Origin: the human T2T-CHM13v2.0 reference genome, Homo sapiens
Direction: 5' to 3' (one strand)
Assembly: GCF_009914755.1 (NCBI RefSeq)
Contig: NC_060938.1
DNA length: 64,000 bases
The notes under the pieces are model-generated. The model did no database searches and was not told where the DNA came from. It saw only the letters and a list, made by a program, of their open reading frames with translations. A program made the translations under genes and the position numbers. Shown one piece after another: positions 36,340 to 52,735 of the stretch. The first letter of the stretch is position 1. The number at the start of each line of letters is the position of its first letter.

Positions 36340-39300
36340 ACATACATGCACACATATGAGCCAAATTGATAGTCATATTTATCTTGTGTCTATGAATCTT
36401 GATAAATTTACTAATTATAAAAGTTTATCTGTAATGTACTTTGAATTTTCTAAGTACACAAACTTGCTATCTGTAAATGATGGTAATCTTAGTTATCTGT
36501 TCCTTTTCAGTTCTTACTTAAACACGTTATTTTTCTTACCTTACAACCCTGTCTAATATTTTGCTAGACAATGTAAAGTATAAGTGGAGATATTGGAAAT
36601 CCTCATCTCACTCATGGAAAATATTTTAAGATTTCACTACTAAATATAAAATTTGATGTATGTACTTTTATGGATATTCCTATTTTTAGTTTAAGGGCAT
36701 ACCTTTTTAAATTTAAAGTATTTATCATTAACTGGTGTTGGATTTAGCATATACTTTTTCCATATCTATTGAAATTATTATATGTTTTACTCTATATTCA
36801 ATTAATTTCTTGAATTATTGAATTTTTGAATGTTAAACCCAATCTTTCATTGGAGAAAAATGCACTATGGTCATGATATATTTTTTTTCTTTTCACATAC
36901 CATTGGAATTATTTTGTTAATATTTTAGTTAATTATTTTCTTATGTATTCATGGTAGCAATTAGACTGTAATTTTTTAATTGTAATTTCCTTGTGAATTT
37001 TGTGTGCCTTTTTTTTTCTCTCATATAATGAGTGGAAAGTATTCCACATGTTTTTATTTTATAGAAGAACCTATTTGTGAATTTTCTTATCATCTCTTCC
37101 TTAAATATTTGTGATAACTAATTGGTAAAGGCATTTGGGACTAAGATATTCTTAGGGAATATTTTTAATTAATTATAAATTTATTTTTACAAGTAGATAC
37201 AGATTTACACAGGTTTCCTCTTTATGCCAATTTCAGGTTTGTTTTCCTAGGATTTTTCTCATTCTTATAAAGATGCTCTTAATATTTTTTATTAACTTTT
37301 TGATGTTTGTAAGATACATTGTGCTTTTTTTTAATTCCTGATATGAGAAATTTGTGCCTCCTCTCCCTCTCTTTCTTTGTAAAATCAGAGTTGCTAAGTG
37401 TTTATTGATTGTATTAATATTTGCAAAAGGTGAAATCTGGTTTAATTTTATTTATATTACATACATTTTTCTATCTTATTAACTTCAGTATGTATGATTT
37501 CTTTTTATATTTCGGGTTTAATTTGTTGTTTCTTTTCTTCATGAAATATCATTTAGTTCAGCCTTTTACTGTCTACTATGGTGTGTTTTTAAGGTTACAC
37601 ATTATTCTTCTAGTAGATTTGCTATAATCATGTTTTAATTTATCGTATTTTCATTATCATCATTTTCAAAGTCTCATAATTTCTATTGGAATTTTTCCAC
37701 CTATATATTATTTAAAATTTGTGTTGTTAATTCTCAGCTTTGGGTTTTTTACATTTTCTTTTTATTATTGATCTTAATATTTGACAACTTTTGGCAACTA
37801 GCTTTGTGGCCAATATGCAGTCAATTTTCCATGGATACTTTAAAAAATAAATTTTGTTTTGGCTATAGATATTTGTGCATGTAAAACAGGTCAAACCTGA
37901 TAATAATTTTTTTCAGTTCTTCTACATATGTTTATATATTTTGTTTGCTTTTTCCATTAATTATTGAGAAAGTAATATAAAAATTCTCACTCTAATTTTG
38001 GATTTGAATTTTTCTTTATATTTTTATCAATAAAAATTACATAATTTTTATAGATTTTATTTACCAACTACATTTTTATAATTGTCATAAATTTCTGGTA
38101 ATTCCTATCATTGACCCATTTACTATTATGTAATGTCCCTGTTTTTAAGTACTGCTTTCTTTTGCTTGGTGTATTTACAGTATGCATTTTTTTAATCCTT
38201 CTACATTTAGCTTTCTTCCCTTACATTAAAGATTCGATTCTAATAAGCATTATGGGCATTGTTATTTTCTAACTTGCTCTATAAGCATTTAGCCTATATA
38301 AGTTCATTATAATTACTTACTAATTTAGATTTATATCAGCCATTTTAGTATCTGTTTTTAGTTTGTCCCACTAGCTTTTTCCTTTTTCTCCCTTTGAGAT
38401 GTTTTCTCTATGAATTTTATTTTGATATTCAACTTGTTACTACTATTTTCATAGTTGTGAGTATAATTTTAACAAAACTTTCTTTCTACATGGGAAACTG
38501 ACCTGGGGTTAACTTTTATGTACCTGTTTTCCTAGAAGCCTGATGATAACGGCATTTTAGTGTAATACTAAGTAATAAGTTCCTAGAAGCTGGATTAAAA
38601 GGACCATTTATGAATTACAAATATCACGTTGGAAGACACAGCTTTGATTTTTCTTGTATGTTGAATGACATACAGAGGTGTTTCGTTGTGGGGGCCGAGG
38701 GTTATGCCCAGTGCTTCTTATATGGAACCTACAGCTTCTAAGATAGAAATGTTTCCACACTCTGAAGTGCTGCCTTACATCTCAGCGTTCATTTAGTAAT
38801 CCTAAAAATTGCCCTTGAATTTTGTAAGAATTCCCACTGAAGAGACATACCTAATACTACCCTATTGGCATGCTGAGTGTTCCAGCAGATTGGGTATTGC
38901 AGTAGTTGCCACATAATTACAATATGAATCTTTAATAATAATAATGTAAAATCACTTCTCAAATAATGCCATGGCCTTGGAATACTTTAACTTTATTTGT
39001 CCCATCTTTCTTTTTTGCTGTGTTTGCCATGCATTTTAATTATGCATTTGTTTTAAACATTGCTATATTTGTTATTTACAGTCAGTATTAGGCTCTTTAT
39101 TTACTTCCTGCATTTCTTTTTCACTCTCAGATCGTTGTCCTTCTGTGTAAACACTTTGATTTAATATTTGTGTAGTTTCTGTTTACTGGCAGTGAATTAC
39201 CTCAATTTTTATTCATCTGGAATTTTTATATTTTGATTTTTTATTTAGTATTCAACCTTGAAGGATGTTTTCACTGGCTATACGATCCTATGCTTGCAGT

Positions 39301-39380
39301 AGGTTTATTTTAGCATTTTAAAGCTGTATTTTATTGTTGTCTAGGCTCTATGATTTCTGTTAGAAGTCAGAAGATCAGTT
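36340..39380 (-). mobile_element. Highly degraded L1M (L1ME-type) ORF2 region with internal insertions
   Basis: T-rich antisense L1 motifs: 'aagtggagatattggaaatcctcatctc', 'tggtgttggattt', 'ggtaaaggcatttgggact', 'attgacccatttactattatgtaatgtccct', 'gaaggatgttttcactggctata'. Confidence 0.6.
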
Positions 39381-39381
39381 A

Positions 39382-39620
39382 CACAGCATGACGAATGTAG
39401 CCATTAGCTCAGTACTGTACATATGAATTTTGCTAAGAGAATAAGTTTCTAATGTTTTTAATCACAAAATGCTTAAATATTTGAGATGATAAATATGTGA
39501 AGTAGCTTTAACCACACCAAACTATATTAAAAATTATAACACCACTTTGTACCCCATAATTATATACAGCTATAATTTGTCATCAAAAATTAATAACAGT
39601 ATATAACTCCTTACAAAAAA
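39382..39620 (+). mobile_element. L1MA/L1PB 3' end fragment
   Basis: 'ttttgctaagaga...aatatttgagatgataaatatg...actttgtaccccataattatatac'. Confidence 0.55.
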
Positions 39621-40104
39621 AGCAACCATAAGTCTATTTTTGCTAATTTTTTAATATATCTGGTATCTCTTCTGCCTCATGATCATGGTCTTCCCCTTAT
39701 TGCTTTGTACAAAGCATCCTTAAATGCTGCAGGGAAGGATGTCAAGTGGAATACCAGCTTACCTCTCTGTGGTTGCTTTCTCATTTTGATATTGACCCCT
39801 CATTTCTCATTATCTCAAATTCCTCATATATTTTATTTCATTAGTCTTTACTTTTTCTACCTGGTAATATTGGTCTGAAGCAAAATAATTATGTATCCAT
39901 CATACCTAGAAATGGAAATCTGTACTTATAAGCAAAGTCTGTCCTTTTTTGTTTGTTTGTTTTACTTTGTTGCTTAAAGTATGATTGCCTGAGAAGTCAC
40001 CAAGTAAGGGTAAAATGGGAGCCATAGTATATTCTTTGCCTGGCTATATTTGCTATTGTCAAATAATGGAATTTTGTGCCAAGTCATTGCCTTCGGTCCT
40101 TACG

Positions 40105-40270
40105 GGATCCAAACTGCTTAATTTATTGCTTGTGTCTATTAATTATTAGTTCTGTGACCTGGTTAACATCCTTAAGGTCTCTGTATCTCAGTTTATTTAT
40201 ATATAAATTAGGGATACTAATTTTTTTAACTATGGAGTTTTTGTGAAAATTAAATTGTTTAATGTATATT
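40105..40270 (+). mobile_element. MIR
   Basis: 'ctgtgacctggttaacatccttaaggtctctgtatctcagttt...gtttttgtgaaaattaaat'. Confidence 0.65.
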
Positions 40271-41698
40271 GTTACCTATTTTGATGATGGCAATAGTATA
40301 ATAATTAAAACATTAATAGCTGTTGATATCACATATATAAAACACAAGTTGGTGTTACCCTGTAGAAGAGAGTTACATATTGTTACACAGTTCTATATCC
40401 CTACCTATACTAATACATGTATTAATATAATGCCTGTGTTGTAGCAACTAATTTCTATAGGTAATTTTTATAATGTAGTCATAGACAAAGTATACACTTT
40501 TATTCCAATCAAAGTTTGAAGCTAATATTTACATATACCATGTTTCCCTTTATTTTTGGCATATTGCAGGACTATTTTTAAAAATATTATACTTGAACTG
40601 CTAATAATATTAATTCTAAATATCTAGAAGAATATCTATATATCTGAAAATTTTATTATAAATTAAAAAATATATCATTGTGCTGCTTGAATATATTCAC
40701 TAACAAAATTCCTCTGTTATCTTGTTCAGCTGTTTTCCTCATTCAGTACTAAATGTTTAAGAAGAATTGCTAAGCTATGAATTACATTCTCTGGCATCTC
40801 TATGAAGTTCTCTGGAATGAAAATATCAATTTAGTGCAGCAGTTATGCAATTTCTATGCGTTGAGCATAAAGTAGCAGTTTTCATTAGCAGGTTTTCACA
40901 GTCAAAACTGTTATTTCTCTACCAACATTTCTAATTCAAAATGCAAGCTGCTTGTTTGCAAACAGAGAAATTGGAACTTGTCAATTATGTTAATCATCAC
41001 TTATAAAATTTCTTGAGTGTCTCATAATCTACAGAACAATTGAAAATTCACTTTTTTATGCCTTGTCTACAGCTATTTAGTTATCTGCCTATCTATCTCA
41101 ATATTTCTCTCATTTTGATTAAATAATGAAGGAATTTTTTTTCAAGCCATGTTTTTCAGTCATTAATGGTGTTATTAAGGGATTTATCTGGGTTTTGTTT
41201 TGTTTTTTGTCCCTGAATCAAAGTACTTTAAGAGCTCCATGAATGAATAGAAGTGACAGAATAAGCTACAGAAGCTTAGCTTGCCCTTACTATTCTGTGT
41301 AATGTCTGGGCTAGAAATTTGATAGGTATAATGTCTTTCATTATATCATATTTCAGAGGCATTTAAGATGTGTAAAGTCTAAATCACTAATTTAATACAA
41401 CATTATAATTTTATTGTCATTATTTTCTGTTAGGTCAGATTAACATAACATTTTAATTGTTCATATTAGTGATAATAAATCTTACTTTTTAATTATTATA
41501 CTTTAAGTTCTAGGGTACATGTGCACAACGTGCAGGTTTGTTACATATGTATACATGTGCCATGTTGGTGCGCTGCACCCATTAACTTGTCATTTACATT
41601 AGGTATGTCTCCTAATGCTATCCCTCCCTCCTCTCCCCACCCCACAACAGTCCCCAGAGTGTGATGTTCCCCTTCCTGTGTCCATGTGTTCTCATTGT

Positions 41699-45522
<3,824 letters not shown>

Positions 45523-45585
45523 TATGATGTTAGCTGGTTATTTTGCTTGTTATTTGATGCAGTTTCTTCCTAGCATCGATGGTCT

Positions 45586-46579
45586 TTACATTTTGGCATG
45601 TTTCTGCAGTGGCTGGTGCCAGTTGTTCCTTTCCATGTTTAGTTCTTCCTTCAGGAGGTCTTGTAGGGCAGGCTTTTGCTTGTCTGTAAAGGATTTTATT
45701 TCTCCTTCTCTTATGAAGCTTAGTTTGACCAGATATGAAATTCTGGGTTGAAAATTCTTTTCTTTAAGAATGTTGAATATTGGCCCCTACACTCTTCTGG
45801 CTTGTAGAGTTTCTGCCAAGAGATCCACTCTTAGTCTGATGGGCTTCCCTTTGTCGGTAACTCGACCTTTCCCTCTGGCTGCCCTTTATATTTTTTTCCT
45901 TCATTTCAACTTTGGTGAATCTGACAATTATGTGTCTTGGAGTTGCTCTTCTCAAGGAGTATCTTTGTGGTGTTCTCTGTATTTCCTGAATTTGAATGTT
46001 GGCCTGCCTTGCTATGGTGGGGAAGTTCTCCTGGATAATATCCTGCAGAGTGTTTTCCAACTTGGTTCCATTCTCCCCGTCACTTTCAGGTATACCAATC
46101 AGACATAGATTTGGTCTTTTCACATAGACCCATATTTCTTGGAGGCTTTGTTCATTTCTTTTTACTCTTTTTTCTCTAAACTTCTCTTCTTGCTTCATTT
46201 CATTCATTTGCTCTTCAATCACTGATACCCTTTCTTCCAGTTGATCGAATCGGTTACTGAAGCTTCTCCATTCATCACGTAGTTCTCATGCCATGGTTTT
46301 CAGCTCCATCAGGTCATTTAAGGACTTCTCTACACTGGTTATTCTAGTTAGCCATTCGTCTAATCTTTTTTCAAGCTTTTTAGCTTCTTTGTGATGGGTA
46401 CTAACTTCCTCTTTTAGCTCGGAGAAGTTTGATCATCTGAAGCCTTCTTCTCTCACCTCGTCAAAGTGATTCTCTGTCCAGCTTTGTTCCATTGCTGGTG
46501 AGGATCTGTGTTCCTTTGGAGGGGGAGAGGCACTCTGATTTTTAGAATTTTCAGCTTTTCTGCTCTGTTTTTTCCCCAT
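45586..46579 (-). pseudogene. L1 ORF1p, disrupted
   Basis: Starts MGKKQSRKAENSKNQS, early CGA>TGA stop, fragment 45764-46222 (YVKRPNL, RATPRHIIVRF), frameshift, about 24-bp deletion near 45672, ends HAKM*. Confidence 0.93.
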
Positions 46580-47605
46580 CTTTGTGGTTATATTTACCTT
46601 TGGTCTTTGATGATGGTGACGTACAGATGGGGTTTTAGGGTGGATGTCCTTTCTGTTTGTTAGTTTTCCTTCTAACTGTCAGGACCCTCAGCTGCAGGTC
46701 TGTTGGAGTTTGCTGCAGGTCCACTCCAGACCCTGTTTGTCTGGGTATCAGCAGCAGAGGCTGCAGAAGAGCAAATATTGCTGAACAGCCTATGTTGCTA
46801 CCTGATCGTTCCTCTGGAAGCTTCGTCTCAGAGGGGTCCCTGGCCATGTGAGGTGTCAATCTGCCCCTACTGGGGGTTGCCTCCCAGTTAGGCTACTTGG
46901 GGGTCAGGGACCCATTTGAGGTGGCAGTCTGTCCATTCTCAGATCTCAAACTCCGTGCCGGGAGAACCACTACTCTCTTCAAATCTGTCAGACAGGGACA
47001 TTTAAATCTGCAGAGGTTTCCCTGCCTTTTTTTCCGCTATGCCCTGCCCCCAGAGTTGGAGTCTACAGAGGCAGGCAGGCATCCTTGAGCTGTGGTGGGC
47101 TCCACCCAGTTCGAGCTTCCTGGCTGCTTTTTTTACCTACTCAAGCCTCAGCAACGGCGGGCGCCCCTCCCCCAGCCTCTCTGCCACCTTGCAGTTAGAT
47201 CTCAGACTGCTGTGCTAGCAGTGAATGAGGCTCTGTGGGCGTGGGACCCTCCGAACCAGGTGCAGGATATAATTTCCTGTTGTGCCGTTTGCTAAGACCC
47301 TTGGAAAAGCACAGTATTAGGGTGGGATTGACCTGATTTTCTAGGTGCTGTCTGTCACGGCTTCTCTTGGCTAGGAAAGGGAATTCCCTGACCCCTTGCA
47401 CTTCCTGGGTGAGGCGATGCCTAGCCCTGGGTCGGCTCTCACTCTGTGGGCTGCACCCACTGTCCTGCACCCACTGTCTGACAATCCCCAGTGAGATGAA
47501 CCCGGTACCTCAGTTGGATATCCGGAAATCACCTGTCTTCTGCGTCATTCATGCTGGGAGCTGTAGACTGGAGCTGTTCCTATTTGGCCATCTTGGAACC
47601 CAATC
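46580..47605 (-). promoter_or_regulatory. L1 5' UTR internal sense promoter and antisense promoter region, YY1 site at 47586-47595
   Basis: ggccatcttg (YY1, caagatggcc on the L1 strand). Only GC-richer segment of the element. Many CpGs decayed to TG/CA. Confidence 0.7.
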
Positions 47606-49440
47606 AATAAATCTTACTTTAATATTTATTACACATCAAATGCCACTAGCATGTTAGATTACCTTTGTTTTCTCATTATATCAAATCAGTTTTATAGCTA
47701 AAAGTCTTATTATATATATTTGTAAAGAATCTGGTAAACAAAGCAAAACCTATACATAAAATATAATGTGATATTTGATTAGAACTCAATGTCAACATTA
47801 ATTGTTTAAATCCAAGTTAATATTAAAATCATGTATGCTATGGAGAGTTATCTCTTCAATAGCTTCTGCTTTCCTAAAAGAAAACATATCTAGAAAAGCA
47901 ATACAAGTTTAAAAGTGAAACATTTTGTGTATTACTCTCCCTATCTTTGTTCAAAAATACTTTTGTCTACTTAAAAAAAAAAATTTTATCATAATTTGAG
48001 TGATCTTTAAATGCTAATATCAAAAAGTAAGTTCTTTGGAGATAATTCAAAATTACACATCATTTATATTGTTTTCAGGGAAATTTAGAAAATTAGTATA
48101 TCATTTATTACGTGCTATGAAGGGATATTAGCATTATACTAGTAATAATTTCACACTACCTATAATATAAATTAAGAAATCTATGCTGGCTTCAATGTAT
48201 AATTTATTTGCTACATTGGGGATATACTAGTCCTCAGTAATACACGTTTCTAGCTTTACAGGACCCTGGAAGACTCTATGCTTTTCCTCTCCTTGAGGTA
48301 ATTATAATCTTCCCTGTTCCCCATCCCCTGTGAATAACTCAGAAGTATCTATTTAGATCCTTTGCTCATGTTGAATTGGGTTATTTGGGTTATTTTTCCC
48401 ATTGAGTTGTGTGAGTTCCGTATGTATTTTAAATAAGAACCCATTACCAGATATAAGATTTGCAAATATTTTCTTCCATTTCATAGGTTGTCTTTTCATT
48501 TAGTTGATTGTTTCCTTTTCTGTGCAGAAGCTTTTTTGCTTGATGTAGTTTGACTTATTTTCGCTTTTGTTTCCTGTGCTTTTACTGTCACATAAAAAAA
48601 AAAAAAAACATCGCTAAGACCAATGTCAGGGATATTTGCCCTATGTTTTCTTCTCAAAGTTTTGCAGTTTCACATCTCATTTTTAAGTTTTCAATTCATT
48701 TTGAATTGATTTTTATGTATAATGCAAAATGAAAGCCCAATTTCATCCTTTTTCATGAGGATATTCAGATTTCTCAACATAATTTATTGAAGAGACTATC
48801 CTTTCCCTATTGCTTTCTTAATACTCTAGTCAAATAACTGACTGCACTTGTATGGGTTTATTTCTAGGATCTCTATTTTTTCCCATTGGTCTACATGTCT
48901 GGATGTCAACATCATATTGTTTTGATTTCTGTAGTTTTGCAGTCGAATTTGAAATCAAGGAATGTATTGCCTCTAGCTTTGTTCTTTCTCAACATTGACT
49001 TGGCTATTAGGGGTCTTTTGCAGTTCCACATATATTAGGATTGTATTTTCTACTTTTTTGAAAAATGACACTAGAATTTTGATAGGAATCTCATTGAATC
49101 TGTAGGTCATTTTAGCTAATATAGACGTTTTAACAATAATAATCTTTCAATTATTTAACACAGGATATTTTTCCATTTGCTTGTGTCTACTTCAATTTCT
49201 TTCATCAATGTTTTACAGTTTTCAGTGTATAGATCTTTTGCCTCCTAGGTTAAATTTATTCCTAAGTATTTTATTATTTTTGATGCTATTGTAAATGGGA
49301 TTAAGTTATATACATGGTCAACAGGCATATGAAAAGGTGCTCATCATCACTATTCTTCAGGGAAATGCAAATCAAAACCACAGTGAGATATCACATCACA
49401 CCTCTTACGATGGCTAATTATTAAAAAAAAAAAAAAAAAT

Positions 49441-49762
49441 GGCTGGGCGCAGTGGCTCAGGCCTGTAATCCCAGCGCTTCAGGAGGCCAAGGCGGGGGGA
49501 TCAAGGAGTCAAGGATCCTGAGGTCAGGAGTTCAAGACCAACCTGGCTAACGTGGTGAAACCCTGTATCTACTAAAAATACAAAAAATTAGCCGGGCGTG
49601 GTGTCATGCACCTGTAATCACAGCTACCTGGAAGGCTGAGGCAGGAGAATCGCTTGAACTCAGATGTTGGAGGTTGCAATGAGCCATGATGATGCCATTG
49701 CACTCCGGCCTGGGCAACAAGAGCAAAACTATGTCTCAAAAATAAAAAATAAAAAATAAAAA
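49441..49762 (+). mobile_element. AluSq-like with a small internal insertion (tcaaggagtcaagga)
   Basis: Full Alu, 'ggcaacaagagcaaaact', A-rich tail. Confidence 0.9.
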
Positions 49763-50065
49763 GACAAGAGATAACGTGTTGGCAAGGGTGTAGTGAAAGG
49801 GAAACTTTGTATACTTTGGGAGGAAAGTAAATTGGCACAGTCATTATGAAAAACAACATGAAGGTTTCTCTAAAAATTTGAAAAAAATAGAAGTACCATG
49901 TGATCCAGCAACCTCACATCTTTCTAGGTTTGTATCCAAAGGAAATAAAATCAGTACCTCCAAGAGATATCTGAGCCACCATATTTATTGCAGCATTTTT
50001 CATGAAAGCCAAGGTATGAAAACAACCTAAGTGTCCACTGATGGATGAATGGATACAGAAAATGT

Positions 50066-50110
50066 GGTGTGTTTGTATGTGTATGTGTGTGTTTGTGTGT
50101 GTGTGTGTGT
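50066..50110. repeat. (TG)n microsatellite within L1
   Basis: Seen directly. Confidence 0.85.
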
Positions 50111-50586
50111 AAGAATATTGTCCAGCCACAAAAAGATGAGAATCCTGCCATTTGCCACAACATGGATTAACCTGGAGGACACTGTGTTAAACAAAATAAG
50201 CCAGTCACAGAAAGGCAAATACTGCATGATCTCACATAAGTGAGATCATAAAAAAGTTGAACTCATTGAGACAGAGAGTATTTGTGTTTGCCAGGGACTA
50301 CAAGATGAGGAAAATGGAAGAGAGATGTTGTTCAAGGGGTACAAGCTTTCAGTAACAAGATGAATGAATTCTGGGGACTGAAAGTGCAGCATGATGACTG
50401 TAGTTGGTAACACTGTATTGTTTACTTTAAATTTGATGAGAGAGCAGATTTTAAGTGTCCTCACCTCCTGCCCAAACACACAAATGGTAACTATGTGTGG
50501 TGATGAATGTGTCAATTAATATGACTGCAGTAATCTACACACAGTCTAAACATTTATCAAATTATTACATTGTGCATCTAGATATA

Positions 50587-51840
50587 CAGTCATGCATCTC
50601 ATAATGACATTTCAATGATGAACTGCCTATACAAGTTGGTCTCATAAGATTATAATGGAGCTGAAAAATTCCTATTGTCCGGTGATGTGGGCGCTGCCGC
50701 AATATCATAGCACAACTCATTATTCACATCCTGTGGTGATGCTGGTGTAAACAAATCTGCTGTGCTGCCAGTCATATATAAGTACAGCACGCACAATTGT
50801 GTATAGTACCTAATACTTCCTCATGATAACAAACAATTATGTTACTGGTTTATTAGTTTACTACGATATACTTTTTACTGTTATTATATGGTGATCTCCT
50901 TCTACTTATACAAAAATGGTTAACTATAAAACAACCACAGGCAAGTCCTTCAGGAGGTATTCTAGAATAAGGCATTGTTATCACAGGAGATGACAATGAA
51001 TAAGGCATTGTTATCATAGGAGACAACAATGACACCTCCATGTGTGTCATTGCCTCTGAAGACCTGGTGGGACAAGATGTGGAGGTGGAAAACAATGATA
51101 TTCATGATCCTTATCCTGGGTAGGCCTAGGCTAATGTGTATATTTATGTCCTAGTTTTTAACAAGAAGGTTTACAGAGTAAAAAAAAATAAATTAATTAA
51201 AAATTGAAAACTAGAAAAAAGCTTATAGAATAGGACATAAAGAAAATATTTTTGTACAGTTATAAAATATTTGTGTTTTAAGCTGTTACTACAAAAGAGA
51301 AAAAAGTTTTAAAAATATAAAAGTTAATATAGTAAAATAGTTATGGTGAGTTAAAGTTAATTTATTACTGAAGAAAGACAATTTTTAAAATAAATTTGGT
51401 GTAGCCTAAGTGTACGGTGTTTATAAAATCTACAATAGTGTACAGTAATGCCCCAGGCCTTCACATTCACTCAGCACTCCTTTACTGACTCACTTATTGA
51501 AACTTCCAGTCCTGCAAGCTCCATTTAGGGTAAATGCCCTACATAGGCATTCTATTTTTTAAAAAAAGTTTATATCCTATTTTCACTGAAAATTTTATAT
51601 GGTTAGAATGTTTAAATACATAAGTGTCTCTGTGTTCCAATTGGCCACAGTATTCAGTACAGTAACATGATGTACAAGTTTGTAGCTTAGGAGAAATAAA
51701 CTACACCATATAGGTTAGGTATGTAGAAGGCTACCCCATGTAGGTTTTTAGAGTACACTCTGTGATGTTTGGACAACAATGAAACCACTTAAGGGTGCAT
51801 TTCTCAGAACATATTTCTGTCATTAAGCAACCTGTTACTG
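50587..51840 (+). mobile_element. Tigger3b-like (TcMar-Tigger) non-autonomous DNA transposon, TA target duplication
   Basis: ta|cagtcatgcatctcataatgac ... gtcattaagcaacctgttactg|ta, with internal 'cataagattataatggagctgaaaaattcctat'. About 1.25 kb. Confidence 0.88.
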
Positions 51841-51901
51841 TATATAATTTGTGTTTGTCAATTAAATATTTTAAAATTTAAAAAACTCAGATTGGATTTG
51901 A

Positions 51902-52265
<364 letters not shown>

Positions 52266-52679
52266 AACTGTTATTTCTCTGTTTTGTAGTTTCTGTACAC
52301 CTAGAAGGGTATCTCTCAAAAAAGTCCTAGGGTCATTGGAAGCATGTTTAATTGCTAGCAATAACAGGTAAAACCATAGATGAGCTGCTGTCTTTTACAG
52401 AACATATGGCAAGAAAAGCAAGCAAGGATGGTAGATGAGTTAAAATTTAAATGAAATAGATAGTCTTGGAATATAATATATCCTAATTATCATATATTTA
52501 TACATTTTCTAAATATGTTTTATTGGTTGATATGTAGAAAGAGGATGAAATGGAAAAGTGAGATATGCCATTCTGGAAATTAGAGAAAACATTACTAGAC
52601 TTACATAATTTGTTTTAATGAACTGTAAGCTTGGAGTGGCATAAGAATGTTTCTGTTGAGAAATTGGAAAATTGTCAAC

Positions 52680-52735
52680 CCTAGAAAAGTTCTTCAATCT
52701 TAGTCTGCCTCAATTTTTCTATTTGTAAAATGTCA
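52680..52735 (+). mobile_element. MIR core fragment
   Basis: 'aatcttagtctgcctcaatttttctatttgtaaaatg'. Confidence 0.45.

Larger units (their letters stand above)
48344..51883 (+). mobile_element. 5'-inverted (twin-primed) L1MA8/9-like element: antisense 48344-49302, sense 49303-51883, with nested Alu and Tigger3b; TSD aa(t/a)aactcaga
   Basis: Orientation switch at about 49302. L1MA 3' UTR continues across the Tigger. Direct repeats at 48333-48343 and 51881-51891. Confidence 0.82.
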
